A DNA stretch of 63,237 nt, filler included, from Rozella allomycis CSF55 (lineage: Eukaryota), in NCBI GenBank assembly GCA_000442015.1. It is 5 parts of 5 records of this genome, joined end to end, with 100 filler letters (N's around TTAATTAATTAA, not from the genome) between each part and the next. Parts side by side here need not be neighbours in the genome. Positions count along the whole stretch, not along the records: positions 60,555 to 62,065 come from KE560905.1; positions 62,166 to 63,237 come from KE560908.1; 3 more parts are not named here. The stretch is one strand, 5' to 3'. Shown here piece by piece: positions 60,785 to 63,237 of the stretch. Under the pieces are notes generated by a model. The model was not told where the DNA came from. It saw nothing but the letters and a program-made list of their open reading frames with translations, and searched no databases. A program made the translations under genes and the position numbers. Within the stretch, counting starts at the first letter, position 1. Each line of letters starts with the position of its first letter.

Positions 60785-62065
60785 ATCCCTCCCTGGTCCT
60801 AACTCTAAGGCTCCGGGCCCATCATCCATTCCAAACGAATTCTACTCTCCTTTGCCCAATAATCCTAAACACTACCTTCTTGCATTACTCAATGCGTGCC
60901 TAAAATTTAAGGATATACCTAACCAATGGAAGGACGCTAGTATATTTTGCATTCCCAAGAGCTCCACCTGGGATGGCAGCCCTAGTAAACTCAGGCCAAT
61001 TACGCTACTTGAATGTGGCAGAAAAGTCTTTACTCGCATTCTAACAAAGCGGCTGACAGAAGTTATAGACAATAATGAAATTCTAAACCCATATAACTTT
61101 GGCTTCTCTACCGGTCGAAGTACACATGATGTCTTGATAACAATCCGCAACTGTATTGATGTAACACGGGAGACTAAGCAGCCAATCTACATGGCGTGCC
61201 TGGATATCAAAAACGCTTATGACTCAGTCAGCGCAACCTCCATGCGGCTGGCCCTTGAAAGACTCAAAATACCGAGTCAAACAATTGATCTCATTATAAA
61301 TATGGATACGGGGCGGCGATTATCTGTAATTACTAACTATGGTAACACGGATAGCTTCACCCCTGAAAGAGGATTACCTCAAGGTGGAACCTTAGCGCCA
61401 CTACTGAGGAAAATTTTCTACGATCCTCTGATAACGTATCTCAATAGTAACAACGCAAAAGGACTTCACCTATCTTAAAGAGGGAGGACAAAAATATAAA
61501 GGTAAGCGCTCTTGCATACGCCGATGATCTACACCCCATCTCCGCTACACGAGAGGGGCTACAAAACCAACTTGACGTCATCTCTGAATTTCTGCATCTT
61601 CACGGTATTCAAATGGCGGCAAATAAAAGTCATATTCTCACAAACAAATCAGCTGACGAGGTGCTACTTGAACCCCCTTTTATGCTGAATAGAGACCAGA
61701 TCCAGGATATACGTCATAATGGGCATCTAACGCGCGTCCTTGGAGTAGATCTAACGTCCGATGGCCATAACAAACTAATGTTGGCTCATCTAAAGACACA
61801 ACTGCTACATCCTGTATCGGTTATAAAACGCAAACACTGTCCTGCGCCAATACTAATTTACCTGATAAATAGAGTGTTTATCCCTACGGCGCTCTACCGC
61901 CTACAGATAACACCAGTAAATGAAACACAGTTACAACAGGTAAATCCAATCTGGCTCACGCTTGTGAAAAACCGTCTATGCCCGGTTGCACTCCTAACGC
62001 CTGGGTACTTAACCATGAAATAACTAAGCTAGATAATTTTGTCGACATCTACCATCGGCAAATGC
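60785..62065 (+). mobile_element. Non-LTR (LINE-like) retrotransposon reverse transcriptase, frameshifted
   Basis: SKAPGPSSIPNE, WKDA..IPK, RPITLLE..RK, FGFSTGRS, LDIKNAYDSV, RGLPQGGTLAPLL, ALAYADDL (~61515). Confidence 0.92.
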
Positions 62066-62165
62066 NNNNNNNNNNNNNNNNNNNNNNNNNNNNNNNNNNN
62101 NNNNNNNNNTTAATTAATTAANNNNNNNNNNNNNNNNNNNNNNNNNNNNNNNNNNNNNNNNNNNN
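62066..62165. other. Artificial contig linker
   Basis: 44 N + TTAATTAATTAA + 44 N. Confidence 0.97.
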
Positions 62166-63237
62166 GTGCAGATCTACATCCCACATATCAAGTTCATCAA
62201 GCATGCCGTGGATACGTTGATTTTGGCCAATCCAAATACTATTCTGATTTATTCTAACTAATCTGATTTTTAAAATCCAGTTAGCAATACCGATATCTTT
62301 AGTATCGAATTTTGACTATGATTTCCTTTACACCTGAAATCATAAATTTATCATTTGATATCATTAATATATCATCAACATAAATCAAAACAATCAACAG
62401 TTTTCCAGATGAATCATATCGATACATCATAGATGGTTGACTTTTTCAGGCAATTAGTCCGGAATCAGACAAATATGGACTAAAAGTTTTGAACCATTCC
62501 GATGATGCTTGATGTAAACCATAAAGAGATTGAAGTAATTGAGCAACCATTTCAACTTTTGTTTCTTTATGATATTCTTCAAAACCAATTCGGAGCTTCA
62601 TGAAATTGGGTTCTGAAAGTTTTCCATATAGAAACGAAGTATTAATAACAATTTGTTCAATGATCCACCCTTGTAAAACAGAAAGAGAAAGAATATATCT
62701 AACAGATTGAATTTTGACAACATGGGAAAAAGTTGATTTATAATCTATATCTTCAACCTGTTGGTAATCACAGCAACCAAGCGAGCCCTAAATCTTTGTA
62801 TATACCCATACTGATCAACTTATAATCAAATACCCATTTTGATCGAATTACTTTTCTATTAGGAGGTGGAGTGACAACTTTCCATGTATTATGTTTCTTT
62901 AAAGATTCCATTTCCTCATACATGGCAGTTATAAAATACTCTCCAAATGGTCCTTCCATAGCTTGTTTTACTGATTTCGGTGGAGATTGACTTGATTAAA
63001 ACATTATTTTGCTTTGGATAATTTGATTTAGATTGAGAAGGCCATTTAATATTTTCTTTTATAGGTCTTGGTAGAGTGCTATTCAACTTTCTTGAGTTCA
63101 AATTTAAAGCTTCAGTNCTATTCAACTTTCTTGAGTTCAAATTTAAAGCTTCAGTCTCATATCGTTGTACAATTTGTCAATTTGAAATGCGTTTTCAAAT
63201 AATGATATGAATTCTCCCCCTTTTAACTTTGAATCGG
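62166..63237 (-). mobile_element. Ty1/copia pol (RT) pseudogene fragment
   Basis: AMYEEMESLKKHNTW..RKVIRSKWVF..K; ARLVA; FLYGKL; SLYGLHQAS..W; LIYVDDIL; frameshifted. Confidence 0.92.

Noticed and set aside
63080..63160. ~39-nt tandem duplication upstream of the copia RT
   Set aside because: Coincides with an ambiguous base in the ORF track; likely another join artefact

Overview
AT-rich, very compact eukaryotic genomic DNA with dense genes and mostly ~24-32 nt GT-AG introns. Gene content (velvet factor, AA11-type LPMO with a CBM19-like tail, a CFAP210-like flagellar protein, TACC, LMBD1) fits an early-diverging zoosporic fungus, possibly Rozella/Cryptomycota-like (inference). The window is five pieces joined by artificial 100-nt N/TTAATTAATTAA/N linkers (28811, 35189, 60455, 62066), so adjacency across the linkers is not reliable. 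Housekeeping genes include COX19, RPL5 (with an intronic snR60/U80-like C/D snoRNA), GUP1, a USP4/15-type DUB, proline iminopeptidase, HEL2, SOF1, p24, NUG1, a divergent pyruvate kinase, carnitine acyltransferase, CWF19L1, MARCH E3, APT1, three PPR-like genes, tRNA-Tyr and tRNA-Met. Most notable: (i) a signal-peptide-bearing AIG1/GIMAP-type GTPase in a duplicated, decaying two-gene cluster containing a CRE-like retroelement relic; (ii) a degenerate island at ~49.9-55.7 kb pairing a Crypton/Ndc10-type tyrosine recombinase with an A22/Ydc2-like RuvC resolvase, next to a small Ty3/gypsy element with an apparent Tf1-style self-priming PBS; (iii) an F-box plus many-ankyrin-repeat protein; (iv) many orphan secreted proteins. 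All calls are by eye; no database searches were run.
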